Source: Sphagnum compactum
Lineage: Eukaryota
Reading direction: 5' to 3'
NCBI GenBank assembly: GCA_965153455.1
Contig: OZ234494.1
Location: forward strand, 9,548,001-9,612,000
Length of the DNA stretch: 64,000 nucleotides
Made by a program: the position numbers and the translations under genes. Shown in pieces: positions 14,050 to 27,664 of this stretch (position 1 is the stretch's first letter; every line of letters begins with the position of its first letter). The notes below the pieces were generated by a model. It searched no databases and had not been told where the DNA came from. It worked only from the letters and a program-made list of their open reading frames with translations.

Positions 14050-14700
14050 TACAACTCCACAACTTCATTGCTTTCAAAGCTCTTTCAAACTCCTCTAACT
14101 CCTTTTCTAAATTTGCATCAGTCTCAATAAAATCTACCAAGCTAGAAGGGGATTTACAACCTATCATAGGATCATTGGGCCAATTTTTGTTGACGAAAAT
14201 CAATTTGTCCAAATTTTCAAATTGTAAACGACATTCTTAAAACTAGTAAGGATTCTAGCTATAAATAGAAAAAATTATGTCTCAATTTGGGATCCAACTA
14301 TCGCTAAGATTTGTCTAGCACAAAATCAACTATACAAAACATGTTTTCATGTTTTTCCCACTGATATAGTAAACATTTGATGTCTTTAACATCCACTTGA
14401 TAACGCCTAAAATTAGAAGTTCTCTATTGATCAATTTTGTTGTTGGCTCACTTGTGTTAGTTATCAACTCAAAGATATCCAAACTATTATTCTCTTCAAT
14501 CGTTTGATAAACAGCACCCTTTTTAGATTCAACTAAAGGATGCAAATTGTAATGACATTTTAAAAACATAAGAAATAAATGTTCTATCATATTTTTGAAT
14601 AATTGCCTTACCTTGCTCACAACCAATAAGTGAGGACACAAAATAAAGAGTTTTAAACCTAAGGTCCAACATGTTAAGTGGATGTTAACAACTTTTTCGG
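14050..14700 (-). pseudogene. hAT transposase C-terminal (dimerization) remnant
   Basis: ENLDKLIFVNKNWPNDP, with degraded FPxV..A.QIL..VGSQIE upstream; frameshifted. Confidence 0.75.
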
Positions 14701-14833
14701 ATTTTGGAAAAATATTATAATGATTTGAATTTAGATGTCTTTCATTGCATAACTATACCATTAGTTGTGTTATAGATGATTACCCCCTCTCTTAGCTTGA
14801 GTTTTTGGATTTAAATTTAACTATATTATTGTA

Positions 14834-15618
14834 TCAAAAAATACAATGCATGACTTGAAAAGTTATTAAGTCAACTTTTTTGTTATCATTAAAACACAAT
14901 AAAATGCCCAACACAAAACATTTTTTCCATTAGGTTGTTAGAATAATCTTTGTGCATGTAACTTTTTAAAATTTTCTTAAAATTTTTCTTCATTACTTTC
15001 TGGATTCCTATTTCCTTCTGTTTGAACATTTACATTTTCTTTAAATTCTTACAAAGGTTCATTTTGGATCCTTACTTCATTCATAAATATATCACATGTA
15101 CTTTCATTTTCAAAATATTTTTCCATGTTTAATTTGAAATTAAAAATTATTCCCCCAATGATTAGTGAAAAAAAACAAAAAAATTCTATGATCTATCAAA
15201 AACCAGCATTCACAAACAATTACAAATTGTGACAAAGAATACAATGCATGACTTGAAGAGATGTTAAATCAATTTTTTTGTTATCATCATCATAATATAA
15301 TGTAACACAAAACATTTTTGTTATTGGGTTTCCAGAATAATCTTTATGCATGTAACTTATTTAAAATTTAAAAAAAATTCTTTTCATTACTTTCCAGATT
15401 CCTATTTCCTTCTGTTTGAACACTTACATTTTTTTCAAGTTCTTGCAAATGTTCATCTTCCATCTTACTTCATTCATAAATATATCACATGTGTTTTCAT
15501 TTTCAAAATATTTTTCCATGTTTAATTTGAAATTAAAAATTACTCCTTTGATGAATAGCAAAAAATATATACATTTTATGATCTATCAAAAACCAGCATT
15601 CACAAGCAATTACAAGAT
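14834..15618. repeat. Tandem duplication, ~395-bp unit x2, inside the hAT element
   Basis: aatacaatgcatgacttgaa at ~14839 and ~15238; both units end with aaaaccagcattcacaa..aattacaa. Confidence 0.85.
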
Positions 15619-15919
15619 GCAATATACCTTCCAAGCATTTACAAAAACAAAATAGATATGATTTTAAATTTTTTAGCAAAGGTAATGGGGTTTATGGTTT
15701 CTATGCAAGTTCAAAAAATCCTACAAAAATAAAGGAAAAAAATCAAAAATTAAAAGGCATACTATCAAAAGAAACAACACAAAATGTAGTGAAAAAAAAA
15801 ACTTCAAAAAAAATGGAAAAAATGAAAAAAAATGAAAAAACCTCACCTCTCGTCTTCAAATTTTGTTGTTCGGAGCTTTAACTTGCATAGGGTAAGAAGG
15901 GGGGGAGATATCATACTAA

Positions 15920-16860
15920 ACAAGGGAATAACAATAACACTAACATGAGAATAACAACAACATTGGCACAAGAAGAGCAACAATAAGAACTAGGCCAATA
16001 TGTATTTTAAAGAGATGCAACACCACCGTAAAAAAGAAGACAATAGGTAGCGCTAGCGTGAGATGAGTGCAAGACTTGGGCATTTGCACGAAATGGGTTA
16101 CAGCACTTGGGCACTTGTGCAAAGGGATCAACAACACTAACATGAAAGGAACGACAACATCATGAAATAAGAGTGGTAGATTAATGTGAAAAGAACAACA
16201 TACCAGCACGAAGAAGAACATTATACCAATGTGCAAAAAAAGTAACATATCAACATGTGAGAAGAGTAGTGTACCAGCATGCAAAAAAAGTAACAGGTCA
16301 ATGCGGAAAGAGTAACATACTAGTGTGAAGAAAATGGCAGACTAGTGTGAGAAAAATAGTAGACTAGAGAGAGCTTCACACTAGTGTGAGGAAAGTTAAA
16401 CATTAGTGTGAAAAAATCAACAACACCAACGAAGAAAAAATAACATCAACACATGAGGAAAGCAACAACACCCACTTATTAACAAAACAACAATTACACG
16501 CGAGGAGAACAGTGACACCTGCTAACAAAGAGTAGTAGCAACACATGAGGAAAGTAGTGGCATTAGCTTGCAAAGAGTAACAATAACATGCGATGAAAGC
16601 AACAATTACATGCAAAGAGAGAGCAACAACAACATGCAAGGAAAACAACAACAACATGTAGGGAGAGAAATGCCAACGTGAATAGTGGCACCAATTTGAA
16701 TAGTAGTGCCAACACTAATTGTAGCACCAATTCAACTAGCAATGCCAATGCGACGAAGAAATAAAATGCAAAATAAATAAGCAAGAATAACAACCAATAC
16801 AATAAAAAAACCACAACCAACACTAGAATAACACATCACTAACATTAAAAAAACATCATT
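15920..16860. repeat. Low-complexity CAA/AAC-rich tract inside the hAT element
   Basis: Repeated aacaacaac / agtgtgaag words; gives spurious L/V/F-rich ORFs on the minus strand. Confidence 0.7.
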
Positions 16861-19703
16861 GTGAAGAAAAACGAGGCTTAGGCTTTTTATACATAATTTC
16901 CATTAACCCTAACCTTAAATAGTGCCTTCGCTTCCCTAGACAGTGGCTAGTGTTTAGTAACCCTAAATTGAAAGAGTATGAAAATTGAATGGAGGTTTTC
17001 TAAGAGAACATGTTGGGTTCTTCAAATTTTTTTTAAAAAAAAATCGGTTTTCATGACTGATTCTCATTTATGTGAAAACTAGAAGTTGATTCTCAATCCA
17101 ATTCTCACAAGTAACTATGTCAACCTATTTTCACACTAAAAACCGAGTTGAAACTAGGTTACAATTTGAAAACCGCCCAACATTCCTGTAAGCTTCAAGT
17201 GTTGTCTTTTTATCAACAATACATTGGAAATTTAAACCCATTTTAAAAGAATTTTGGAAATAAGTGTGCACATCAAAGTAGGGATTAAAATTCATACTTT
17301 GATGGTTCCAAGATAGATAATGGCTTCAATAAAACCAGCATGGTGAAGGAAACATTAGCATATCGTAGAGCATCTCTTGCACTAAACATCATGTGGGGTA
17401 ACCTTTTAAAAGTTTTTTTTAAGGCTATGACTTGGATATTTGAACTTATTTTAAAGGAATTAAAAAAATAAGCATGCACATCAAGGTAGGAATGATATTT
17501 GTACCTTGACAATCTCAAAGGGTGTTTCCATGGTACAATGTTCACACTTCATGTTAAAATTGAAAGTACATATAGTATCAAAAATTTCACTCACTTTGAA
17601 TTTTTAAAAAAAATCACATATGGTTTATGTGGGCCTTAAAAATTAAAAATATATATAAACCATGAATATGCAATTAGTTCATAGTTTTTCCTTTATGTAC
17701 ACCAATAATTCAATAAAATTTATCTAAAACACCTTGTGTAATATCAGTTTATCAAATTTCATTAATTTAAAATTCTCATTTTATCTTTCTAGAATTATTA
17801 AAAAAACACTTTACCCATTTGCATATTTAATGGTAGAACATTTTACAACTTAAAAATACCATAATAATTAGCATTACTCATAATATGATGTAATATTGAA
17901 CGTTTATTTATCATCTAATACGAACATCATTACTTTAAGACAAACTGAAAAAAATTATGATAAAAATTGTTCATTAGGGTTGTAAATTTGCATGTGCAAA
18001 ATTTCATAGACAATTTTTTTAAAAATAATAGTTTAAAGTCCTTTTGATTAAATTATAATCTTTATAACAAGTTGTTGCAAGTTAAAATGTATTTTAATCA
18101 ACCATTGAATTGTTCAAATGTACACCAATGTAATAACATAATGAGAGTTTATGATCCGATCCACCTTTGATTCCACATTTCTATTACAATTTTTTTTTCA
18201 AATACTTAGAAAGTCACCTAAAAATGTTCCTTGCAACAATATGACTCATTTCTGTCTACACCACACATCTGAACACCCCAAAATAGATGTTGGATTCAAA
18301 CATATTATCACGATGATGACTCTCAAAATTTGTAAAAGCAAAAGCATCTTTTAACAACTAAGCACTTGGAGGTGCAAACTCAGGTACATACGTCTTGTTA
18401 TAGGTGATGACTTGGGAAGTTGGGATCATCTTAATGGAATTTAGGAAAGTAAGTCAAGGTAGGAACTTCCCCCCCAAAAAAAAAGAGATGATGGTTTTCA
18501 ACGAAACTTTGGGGATGATGAAAATACTATAGTTCAATGTTCCTAAAACTTTTATAGTAAATGGAAGGTGAGCATATGAGGTCAGTGGAAAAAGAAATTC
18601 TAGTAGTTCAATGGATTTTGGCCCCTAAGTAGTAGGTCTATTTTGATACGAGGATTTTTGAAAGATGATGTTTTGGCTTGTGTTGAAACTTGAGATTAGT
18701 TATAGAGTTACAATACCTTGAAGGATTTTAGTTTATTTTAGAGGGTTTTTTTGAAGAATATATTTTGACATGGTGAAATAATTGAATTTCCATAATTCTT
18801 TTTTCGCCTTAAGATGCTTTTTAATGTAAATGGCAAGGCCATAGTGTGACACACCCCTTGTTTCATTAGCCTACTTTTCGTTTGACCTCTCATGTGGTGA
18901 AATTTTATTTTTAAAAAAAGAAAAGAGGTATTATGGGATTGATCACATGGCTATGGGGGCAGGAAAAGCAGCTGCTATGGCTGTTATGGCCAGCGTATTT
19001 AATAGTGATCCCCAAAACCAAGCTTGCTGGATTCGGTCGGTCATTATGGCATCGGTACTAGGAACCTAAGTGTAGGGTAAAGACTTAGGTCAAGGGCATT
19101 ACCAAAATAAGGGCACATGACACAATAGCCGAGTGCATGCCCCATTTTGGTAATCTCCTTGACAAAGGGCTTTACCTGACATAAAGACCTGCCAGAAATT
19201 CAGTGGAGAAACCCAGGCGAAACAGGAAGGGGGCACTATGAAAGACAAAATGCCGTCCCAAAAATGGAGAAAAGGAGGCAAACCGGGAGGGGGGCGTTAT
19301 AGAAAACACGAAATGCCCTCCCTGCTCCTGGATGGAAAAATATGCTTTATAAGGTTACCTGCAGATACACTGCAAAATCTCTCGCAGGTCATTACAAGGC
19401 ATTGTACTATATCTGTTGGGCACTTTCCTCAGAGTTCACAGTAAGAGGTGCCATCATTCCTCAAAATGTGGGACCAACTGAAAATTGCATTCTTTAAGCC
19501 AGCCTTTCAAATTTAGGCATGGTTCTGGGGCCGGGGGGGTGTTTTGAGCTTATCCTTCTTTAGTGTTTATATATCTGTGAAAATCTCAAAAAAAGTTCGA
19601 GATATAATATCGTAATGTCAGGAAAATAGCACCAATACCCTGAGTTTGGTCATACACAGGCCGAGATTTTAAAAAACCTGCAGAAAAGTACATTAGCATT
19701 CAA

Positions 19704-20250
19704 GGGGGGGGGTGACACTCAGGAACCATTTTTGATGGTTCCTGAGTTTCGCCTTGTCTTTCTTTTTTCGTGAGCGCCTCCACCGCTGCTACATAGATTT
19801 TCACTGCTCCGACCTCTGTACAGCTATTATAACTTCTCTCGAACCTTGTGCATTGAATGCTGCAATTCAGCATTTCGTACTGAGATTTAATAAAATTTCC
19901 TTACTTTATGGATACCACTAAAAGAGGGGAGGGGGGCGGTGAAAGGGGATCTCTCGAACTTGGAAACCACGAAAAGAGGGGGGTGGTGGGTGATGGGTGA
20001 AAGGGGGGTGGTGGGTTGTGGGTGAAACATAGATACCACTAAAAAGAGGCGGGTGGTGGGTGAAAGGGGGGTCTCTCGAACCTGGATACCACTAAAATAG
20101 GTGGGTGGTGGGTGAAAGGGGGGTCTCTCGAACCTTGTGCATTAAATGCCGAGATTCAGCATTTCGTACTGAGTTTCGGCATTTCATACTGAGATTTTTA
20201 AAAATTCCTTACTTTACGGATACACTAAAAGAGGGGGGTGAAAGGGGGCC
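19704..20250. mobile_element. Small non-autonomous element with terminal hairpin and G-rich subterminal repeats; shares end motifs with 25702-30292
   Basis: Perfect 13-bp stem actcaggaaccat-ttttg-atggttcctgagt (19717-19747). Repeated gcatttcgtactgagatt...ggataccactaaaagagggg..gtgaaagggg blocks. Confidence 0.5.
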
Positions 20251-21230
20251 CAAAGACATGGTGAAGACAGGGTGAATTTACAAATATCTCTATTCTTCAG
20301 GGGAGGAGGGAAAGGTTGCCATCTTGAAAGTAATAGAGGTACTTACGAAATGATGCTCACTTTGAGCCTCACTCTGCCCTCTCATCCTCCTTTTAGAGTT
20401 ATCCATAATTTTCACAAAAGTGGGGATCATTTCTTAAAACTGAAGGTGAACACTCCCAAATGATCATAATAATTTCTATTCCAATCACACTACAACCTAT
20501 TTAAATTAAGGCCACATAAATTAGGGGCTACTTACAATAGGGTGATAAGGAGTTAAGGACCTACATACGAGCTACATATGATCTACCTATGGTCCTACTA
20601 AAAAGACTATAGTTTATGTTAGGGGTTACCTAGGGGACTATTTCAAGCATATTTAGAAACTACCTAGGGCCTACCCAAAGGGGCTATTTAAGATAAAGAT
20701 TATCAAAAGCTTACATAGTGATTACATAGAATGCTACATAAATGTTACTTAGGGACTTGACTAAGTTAGGGGTTATTTAAAGATTACATAATGAGATAGG
20801 TAAGGTCTATATAGAAAACTACGAATCAATCATAGATCGTCTCTTATGTGGGTCCCATGTAATCCCCGCTTGCATAGACTCCTAAGTAGGTCTCATGTAA
20901 TCCCTTTCACTATGAGTCACCTGAGGTACCTTTTAATCTAGGAAATCCATTAGCTAATAGTTAATGAAGGGAATGCACGTAGGGGTTTCCTAGATTACAG
21001 GATACCTAGAGTTCACTCAGCACACAACGGCAGAGCAGACAATGCTGATACACTTAAAAACTTCCACCTAAAGGAAGACAAACCCTGTACAAAAGTGGGA
21101 AAAAAACGAGTCCAAAATAAGCTCATTAGGGGAATTTAGCATCCTCCAGGGAAGAGGGTGAAACTAGTGAGTTGGTATCTAGATGCTAGATGAATTTAGA
21201 TTACAAAATAAAATTTCTTTTATTTCTGGA

Positions 21231-22853
21231 CTAGTGGGTACCCGTGACCTTCGGACATTGTGACATATGACATCACTTTCTCTTCTATTAACAATATTAC
21301 GAACTCTATACATAACAAAACAACATAATTCAAAATGTTTATTTTTGAAAAAAGGTGTAATTTGCAAGTCTAAGTTCAAATAATTTTCTGAAAATTTCAT
21401 CAAACCTTGTCATACTTGCAACATAAAAAATTTATAAAATAAACTCATGAACATGTGTGAAAACTAAATCCTTAAAAATAAATATATTGATTATTCGATA
21501 GTTACTTGCTGAACTCAATCACAGCCTATGATATATCATCCCTCCCCCAAATTACACATACCCACTAAAGCGCCCCCAACATACAACCCAAGGAGGACGA
21601 CCGGACGGACAGTGACCTTCGGGCACTGTGAAGTCCCCCGGTTTCTTTAAACTTGGTTCATTTTAGTTTTTTCTAGAAACTCTTTTTTTTTTTTAAAATT
21701 TATGTGTTTTTTGTTTTTATTATTATTTTTGTATACTAAAAATAAAGTGTTTCTTTTTCACTTTTATATTTTTGTTTATTTGGATGCAAGTTTGAAGTTT
21801 GGAGAAAGAAGACACACCTCATTCTTTTTCAAGCAGGGTTTTTTTTCATTATTATAAGTTTTATTTTTTCTTATTTTTTACTCTTGATTTGGTTTCTTCA
21901 TTTTTGTAAAAAAATTTCTTTTAAAATTATTTTACTGTATTTCCCTTTCCTTGTTTCATTTGTTTCCATCCTTTTTTATAGTTTTTGAGTTTTTACTTTT
22001 TTTTGTTTATGTTTGTTTCATGCTTTAATTTTTTCTATTCTTAATTTGTCTATCTTCATTTTTTTTAAATTATGCATTTATTTATTTATTTATTTTGTTT
22101 CTATTTTCTTTTTCAAAAAGATTCTAGTTTTTCTAATATGTTTTGTAATGAAAATAATTTTTAAAAACTTTTGTATTTTTGTTTGATTAGATACAGGTTT
22201 GAAGTTTGGAAAAAGAAGACAAACCTCTTTTTTTTTTCAAGTATGGTTTTTTTTCTCTTTCTTTTGCTGTCTATTTTGTTTTTTATTTTTTGTCATCTAT
22301 TTTTAAATTTTCTTTTAAGATGATTTTACTGTATTTCCCTTTTTTCATGTTTAAATATATTTATTTTATATGTTTTCATTTTTTTTCTATTTTTAAGTGT
22401 TTTAAAAAAGTTTCTAATTGTTAAAGTGTTTTTTTGTTTTTTTTTTCCTAGCTTTTTCCCTTAAAAAAAATATTTATTCAGTTTTTTTCTTTTTTGTTAC
22501 AACTTTGTTTCATTTTATTTATTTGTTAATAACTTCTTTTTTTTTAATTTGAAATTTCTTGTGTTGTTTTAAAAAGATTTCTTCTCTTGTTTCTCATTTT
22601 TTTTCAACAATTTTTAGTTTTTAAAAATTAGTTTGTAGCTTTTGGCAAATTGCAAGACTACAAGAGTTTTTCATAAACTACAGGATTGGATCACATGAAC
22701 ATGTGGATAAATTGTTGCCACCGCCATGAGTCGTCGTCGTCCTCCTCCTCTTCCATCATCTTCTTCTTCCAGGATGAAGAACTTGGATGACAGGACGAAT
22801 GACGGGACGGATGGATGGAAAGGACGACCACCCAAGGATATTATATAAGTAGA
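21231..22853 (-). mobile_element. Non-autonomous Helitron (T-rich interior)
   Basis: Minus-strand 5' TCTACTTATATAAT at 22853. Minus-strand 3' degenerate hairpin then ...acccaCTAG|T at 21231. A second related hairpin lies at 21609-21629. Confidence 0.6.
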
Positions 22854-24679
22854 CTAAACCAAAAGGTGGTGACACAACTTTGATTTTCGTTTTCTTCTTT
22901 GTGCTAATGGTGTGACATGCACTCAACACCCTCACACTTTTATGCCATAGGCTTTGCCCAAAATTGGATTTTCACAACTTATACAGTTCAATAAAAGGGA
23001 ATCTATACCTACTGTGAGTCTATGATTTAAGCCAGTCAATGTAACTTCTTGTGAGAAAAAAATTGAACTTTGGGAGATACTCCACAATGAATTAATAGAG
23101 CTAACAACAATATGTATTCATATAATACTGTATTTCTTCATTGGAAATTCCTGGACTGTTTTTTTTTTTTTGTTTGGAGTAAAGTGAGAGAGAATTCACC
23201 AAATTTTATTTATCAATGAAAAAGCAATGGACAGAATCTTTTCTTTCTTTTCTTTTAATTTAACGTCAATACCTGGACCAGAGAGATCCATTTGACGACC
23301 CAGCTTTCCTTCTCTCAGGAGAGACTGGAAGCAACCTTTGCAGGGGAGAAACAAGACAAACAAAGTTAAAAAGTGTGTGTACGGGAGAAACACGACAAAC
23401 AAGGTCAGAAAACTTTTTGCCTTATTCTCTGCTCCAGTTTCTATTCTGCACAACAGCTGTACCGGCCAACAACAGCAGAATGAGGGCAAAGACTTGCAAC
23501 GCAATTTAATAATGAACCGACTTGATTGCAGTGGATAGAGTTCAATCAAGAGGATGATCATATTGAGGCATGATCTCTTCATTCTTTAACAATAAAGGTG
23601 GCCATGAGCTTCACAGTACGTAATCCCTGCATGAAAAGGAGTTGCCCCCAAAATCAGAGGAAACTTTTCTCTTGATTATATGGCCTCAAAATACACGACA
23701 AAATCTCCCATGGGTTTTAGGTTTTAATTTTTTGCCTGAGGAGGTCACAATGTTGAACAAGTGTAGAGAAATTGGAAATGTGAATTGTGTTGAAAGATGA
23801 GGGGGAATATATATGTGTGTGTGTGTGTGTGTGTTAAATATATGAACGGATTCTTTGAGAAAATTATAAAATAATAATGGAGAATTTGAAATTGATGTTC
23901 TTAATCTCATGAAAATTAAGTCACCATCCTTTGCGAGTATGCATGGGATAAGGAACTTATTCCTAGCCCATCTCTCTTTGAAGCTTTGAGATAGTGCATG
24001 TTTTGGCATAGTGGATAAGCTAATTATGAGACAAAGTGGGGTCAAAGGCCTTTTATTGGAGGGAGGAGGTGTCCCTAAAATCAACAAAAACTGAAAGTGA
24101 AATGACAAAATAAATAAATAAATAATGTTTTCAGTAAGTAACCACAAATTTGAAAATGATAATTAAAGATTTGTGTTTCATATCTTGCTAAAATCTTCAT
24201 GCACACGGTGGTCATTTTCTCTACACCTTCTTGTGGATCATCACTCAAACATTGATGGAATCCAAATATTCTTTGAAAAAGTGTAATCTAAATTGTGAGA
24301 AGTGTCCTCACTAATAATGACGTGTAGAACTTCAAATTTGGCAACCACCCCTCACAACCATTGGATGAGTACTTCCTTATTGTGAATTTGTTCATTTTGA
24401 ATGCTTGTTGCTAGAAACATTAGTTATATCATGTCCTTCATATAGTAGTCCAAAACCATAGAAAGTTTGAGAAGAAGCTATCCATGCTAGAAGGTCCTTT
24501 GAGCATGGACATAATATCCTGGTGAAGATGTAAAGAAAATTATTTGTATAAATAATTGTACAACTTGTGGACTGAATAAATGTAACAGCTATGTTTTGAA
24601 TGTGATGATATGGTCAAATGTTTTCTAATATACTTTCGGATTCAATTGTCATATAATAAGAAGGGCTGAAATCCAATAG

Positions 24680-25215
24680 GGTTAAATTTTCAACAATTTT
24701 CAAGAGCATAAAATATGTTGGTCTGGGTGTGAATTGCTTCTTGAATATGAAGTATAATATTTCATGCAATTGTGATTCCTAATTTGTGTCCAATGACGGG
24801 ATATGCCAAAACAATAGGAAAAGATACTTTATAGTAATAAGCACTGAATGTGTATTTATATTGAAACATATGTTTTTTAAAGAGCAAGATTGTAAAGTTG
24901 CTTATTATTTTTACTTCAATGCTTGTGACTTTTTTCACATTTTTGTATGTAATAGATGTGACAACAATAGTTGCACTATTTATAATTCCTTCATCTATAT
25001 TTACATTTTCTGTGAAGATGACTAGCGCACCAATTGTGACATCATTTGTGTGGTTGAATGTCATATCATGTACCTAGGTTATGACATGGTGAACATTTGT
25101 TGCATTGGTGTCCATATTGACATGTAAAATTTCAAAGTTTGAAAAATATTTTTTCTAAGAATGATGTTGTTGTGTTTATGAACATCTTCTCTATGGGAGA
25201 AAATTAAGAATGGTG
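24680..25215 (-). pseudogene. PIF1-family helicase C-terminal fragment (Helitron-type RepHel remnant)
   Basis: HREDVHKHNNII, IGALVIFTENVNIDEGIINSAT, FPIVLAYPVIGHK.G.TI, and a degraded FTP..YxMLxK. These correspond to PIF1 motifs IV-VI. Confidence 0.8.
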
Positions 25216-26199
25216 GCTTTTTCTTTAGGTTTTTATTTAATGTTACATTTCTTTTTCTTTACCTTGTCATAAGTTAAAATTGTGACAAACTATCGTTTTT
25301 TGGTTTTTTTTTTTGTTTAAAACATGGTTTGACTAATAAATATGTTTCTATTTGGCCACAAATACCAAAAAGTAACATAAATTCATTGGCAAATTTAAAT
25401 GCTTATTTAATGACATCTGAAACACGCCCTAGGGCAAGGTATGTGTGTTGAGTATACAATTCATTGGCCAAATATTTGGAGGGTGAAAAAAACAGTAGGC
25501 TTGCTAGTTTTCTAGTTTACCTTCATATGGAGTTTTCTTACAATGTAATATTTCAATGCCAGCAGACCTGATGTTGTTTGAAGAAACAAATGACCTGGTA
25601 GTTGACATTAATGATCGATCATCTTCCAAATGATCCTAGGTATTTTACTAGGATACATTAAAAATCACTCACACTAAAGATATAAGTAAAGTCAGGTGAT
25701 TAGGGGGTGAAAATGGCCACTTTTGGCATAATAGCGCATCAAATGCTCAACTGGGAATGAAATTTTACAAAACAAAATAACTGGGACCCAAACTAGTTTT
25801 TCCACCAATTTTTGTAGTAAACTGAGTTTCATCCCCTCTTTCCTTTTTTTTGGTTGGAGTGATCTAGCAGCCACTAGTGCACCAGTTTAGGATGAAGCCG
25901 TTCAAGCCCATTTTGGGGATGAATCCCAGAACACATCTTCTTTCCCTACCAAGGGTTTTTTCAGCCCTCTTCTCTGCCCCAAATTTTTCCTTCATACCTG
26001 AGTCACCCATTTCCCGCTCATTCCATTGTGAACGCTCGTGAGACCTCTCAAGCTTTGAGGATGCGAGACGCAAGGCAAGAGGAGAGTGGAGAGCAGGAAC
26101 ATGGAGACCATAGACGCAAATAGGGGAAAACTTCATCCCATTCATAGAAGCGGGAGAAGAAAGGTAAGCTCCCTCCCTTCTCTTTAATTTTTTTTCCTC

Positions 26200-27050
26200 T
26201 ATGGTTGTTTTGTTGCGAAGAAGGCAACAACAACAATGTCGTTGCTTTCTCTATTTTTTTTGTTTGAGAAGAAAAAGAAGACGACGACAACTATCATTGT
26301 TTTTTTTTTGTTTGTTTGAGAAGAAGAAGAAGAAGATGGTAGTTGTCGTCATTTTCTTCTATAGTGTTGTTGCTGCAAAGAAGAAGAAGACAACGACAGT
26401 TACCATCGTCTTTTTTTTGTTTGAGAAGAAGAAGAAGAAGACGGCAGTTATCGTCGTCTTCTTCTTCTTTGGTGTTGTTGTTGCAAAAAAGAAGACAACA
26501 ACAACAACTACCATCATCTTTTTTTTGTTTGAGAAGAAGAAGAAGAAGATGACAATTGTCATCGTCTTCTTCTTTAGTGTTGTTGCTGCAAAGAAGAAGA
26601 AGACAACAACAGTTACCATCGTTTTTTTTTTGTTTGAAAAGAAGATGACAGTTGTCGTTGTCTTCTTTTTTAGTGTTGTTGCTGCAAAGAAGAAGAAGAC
26701 AACAGCAGCTATTGTCGTCTTTTTTTTGTTTGAGAAGAAAAAAGACGATGGTGTTATCATCATCTTTTTCTTTTTTGCACCAATCACCCTTCTTTTATGT
26801 TACTAGGAAGAAGGTGACTGCAACTTGTTGTTGTCACTCTTTTTTCTTCTCTGTTGGTGTTGTTGTGAAAAAGGCAATAGCAGTAAGTCGTCACCTTTTT
26901 TTTCTTTCCCTATCTTATTTATCTATGGGTATTTTGCTACAAAGAAGGTGCTGCCATCACCTTTTTTTTTCTTTTCTCTATTTGAAAAGAAAACAACGGC
27001 AATGTGTCATCGTCTTCTTTTCTGGTCCTTTTGCTACGAAGAAGGCTAAT
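26200..27050. repeat. Tandem array of ~100-110-bp units built from (GAA)n...(TTC)n inverted repeats
   Basis: gtttgagaag recurs near 26262, 26315, 26419, 26527, 26632 and 26727. Units contain gaagaagaagac...gtcttcttcttc stems. Both strands translate to KKKK..VVFFFF. Confidence 0.9.
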
Positions 27051-27664
27051 TCATCATAATTGCCAATTAACAATGATTCTTTGGTTTTTTGTAATGTTTA
27101 AAGTTGTAACGATTATAAGGAGACTAAAAAAAGTTGATGGTGATTTGGGAGCTCAAAAACAAAATGTTGTTCCATTAAAACCAAGACTTGTTGAATCAAG
27201 CAATCCATGTGGCTTAAAATTGGCAATGGTGACTATTTACAATTCAAATGATGAGATCTTTCCCAATATATACTGGGAATTTCGATCGAGAAGTGGTGGG
27301 TTAGATTGTTTTAAAATTTACATACATTAAATTGACTGCAAGAAAAAAGATTGTTCAAAAGAATTTTAATTCAATTATGCCCGCACCTACCATCATTTGA
27401 TGGAAAAAGTGGGATTTTTTTCTCAAATTTTTTTTATTACAATACCTGAAAGAAGTTAGAGTTTACAATAGTTGCATCTAATTATGTGATTTGATGTTTT
27501 GCAATATCTGTATTGTGTTGTGTGGTCTTTTTATGTTTAAGGTTTTAAGGTTAGGGTTTTTTATTACAAGATAAAGACTTAATTCTTTTATAATGTTTGG
27601 TTTAAGTCCGGAGCTTAAAACCAACTAGGCCTTTCAGCCACCACCACCCCCTTGTCCACCTAAT

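Larger units (their letters stand above)
13690..17185 (-). mobile_element. hAT DNA transposon, internally deleted and degenerate
   Basis: TIRs caatgttgggtggttttca (13690) and tgaaaaccgcccaacattc (to 17185). 8-bp TSD gtgtaagc/ctgtaagc (7 of 8 match). The flanks rejoin into one repeat unit. Confidence 0.85.

Noticed and set aside
15940-16823. Hydrophobic ORFs resembling membrane proteins
   Set aside because: Translations of the CAA-rich low-complexity tract inside the hAT element.
18846-19720. Possible element with weak TIR (ccccttg..tacttttc), gtgacac direct repeat and an internal hairpin at ~19095-19160
   Set aside because: The TIR match is too poor and the boundaries overlap the neighbouring element; it cannot be called by eye.
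23196-23640. GC-richer stretch with possible splice sites and a 128-aa ORF
   Set aside because: No recognisable domain; stops in the plausible frames.
26201-26806. 201-aa and 142-aa K/V/F-rich ORFs on opposite strands
   Set aside because: By-products of the stop-free GAA/TTC repeat array; no protein-like complexity.
26200-27050. Repeat-spacer appearance suggesting CRISPR
   Set aside because: Spacers are not unique, there are no cas genes, and the context is eukaryotic.
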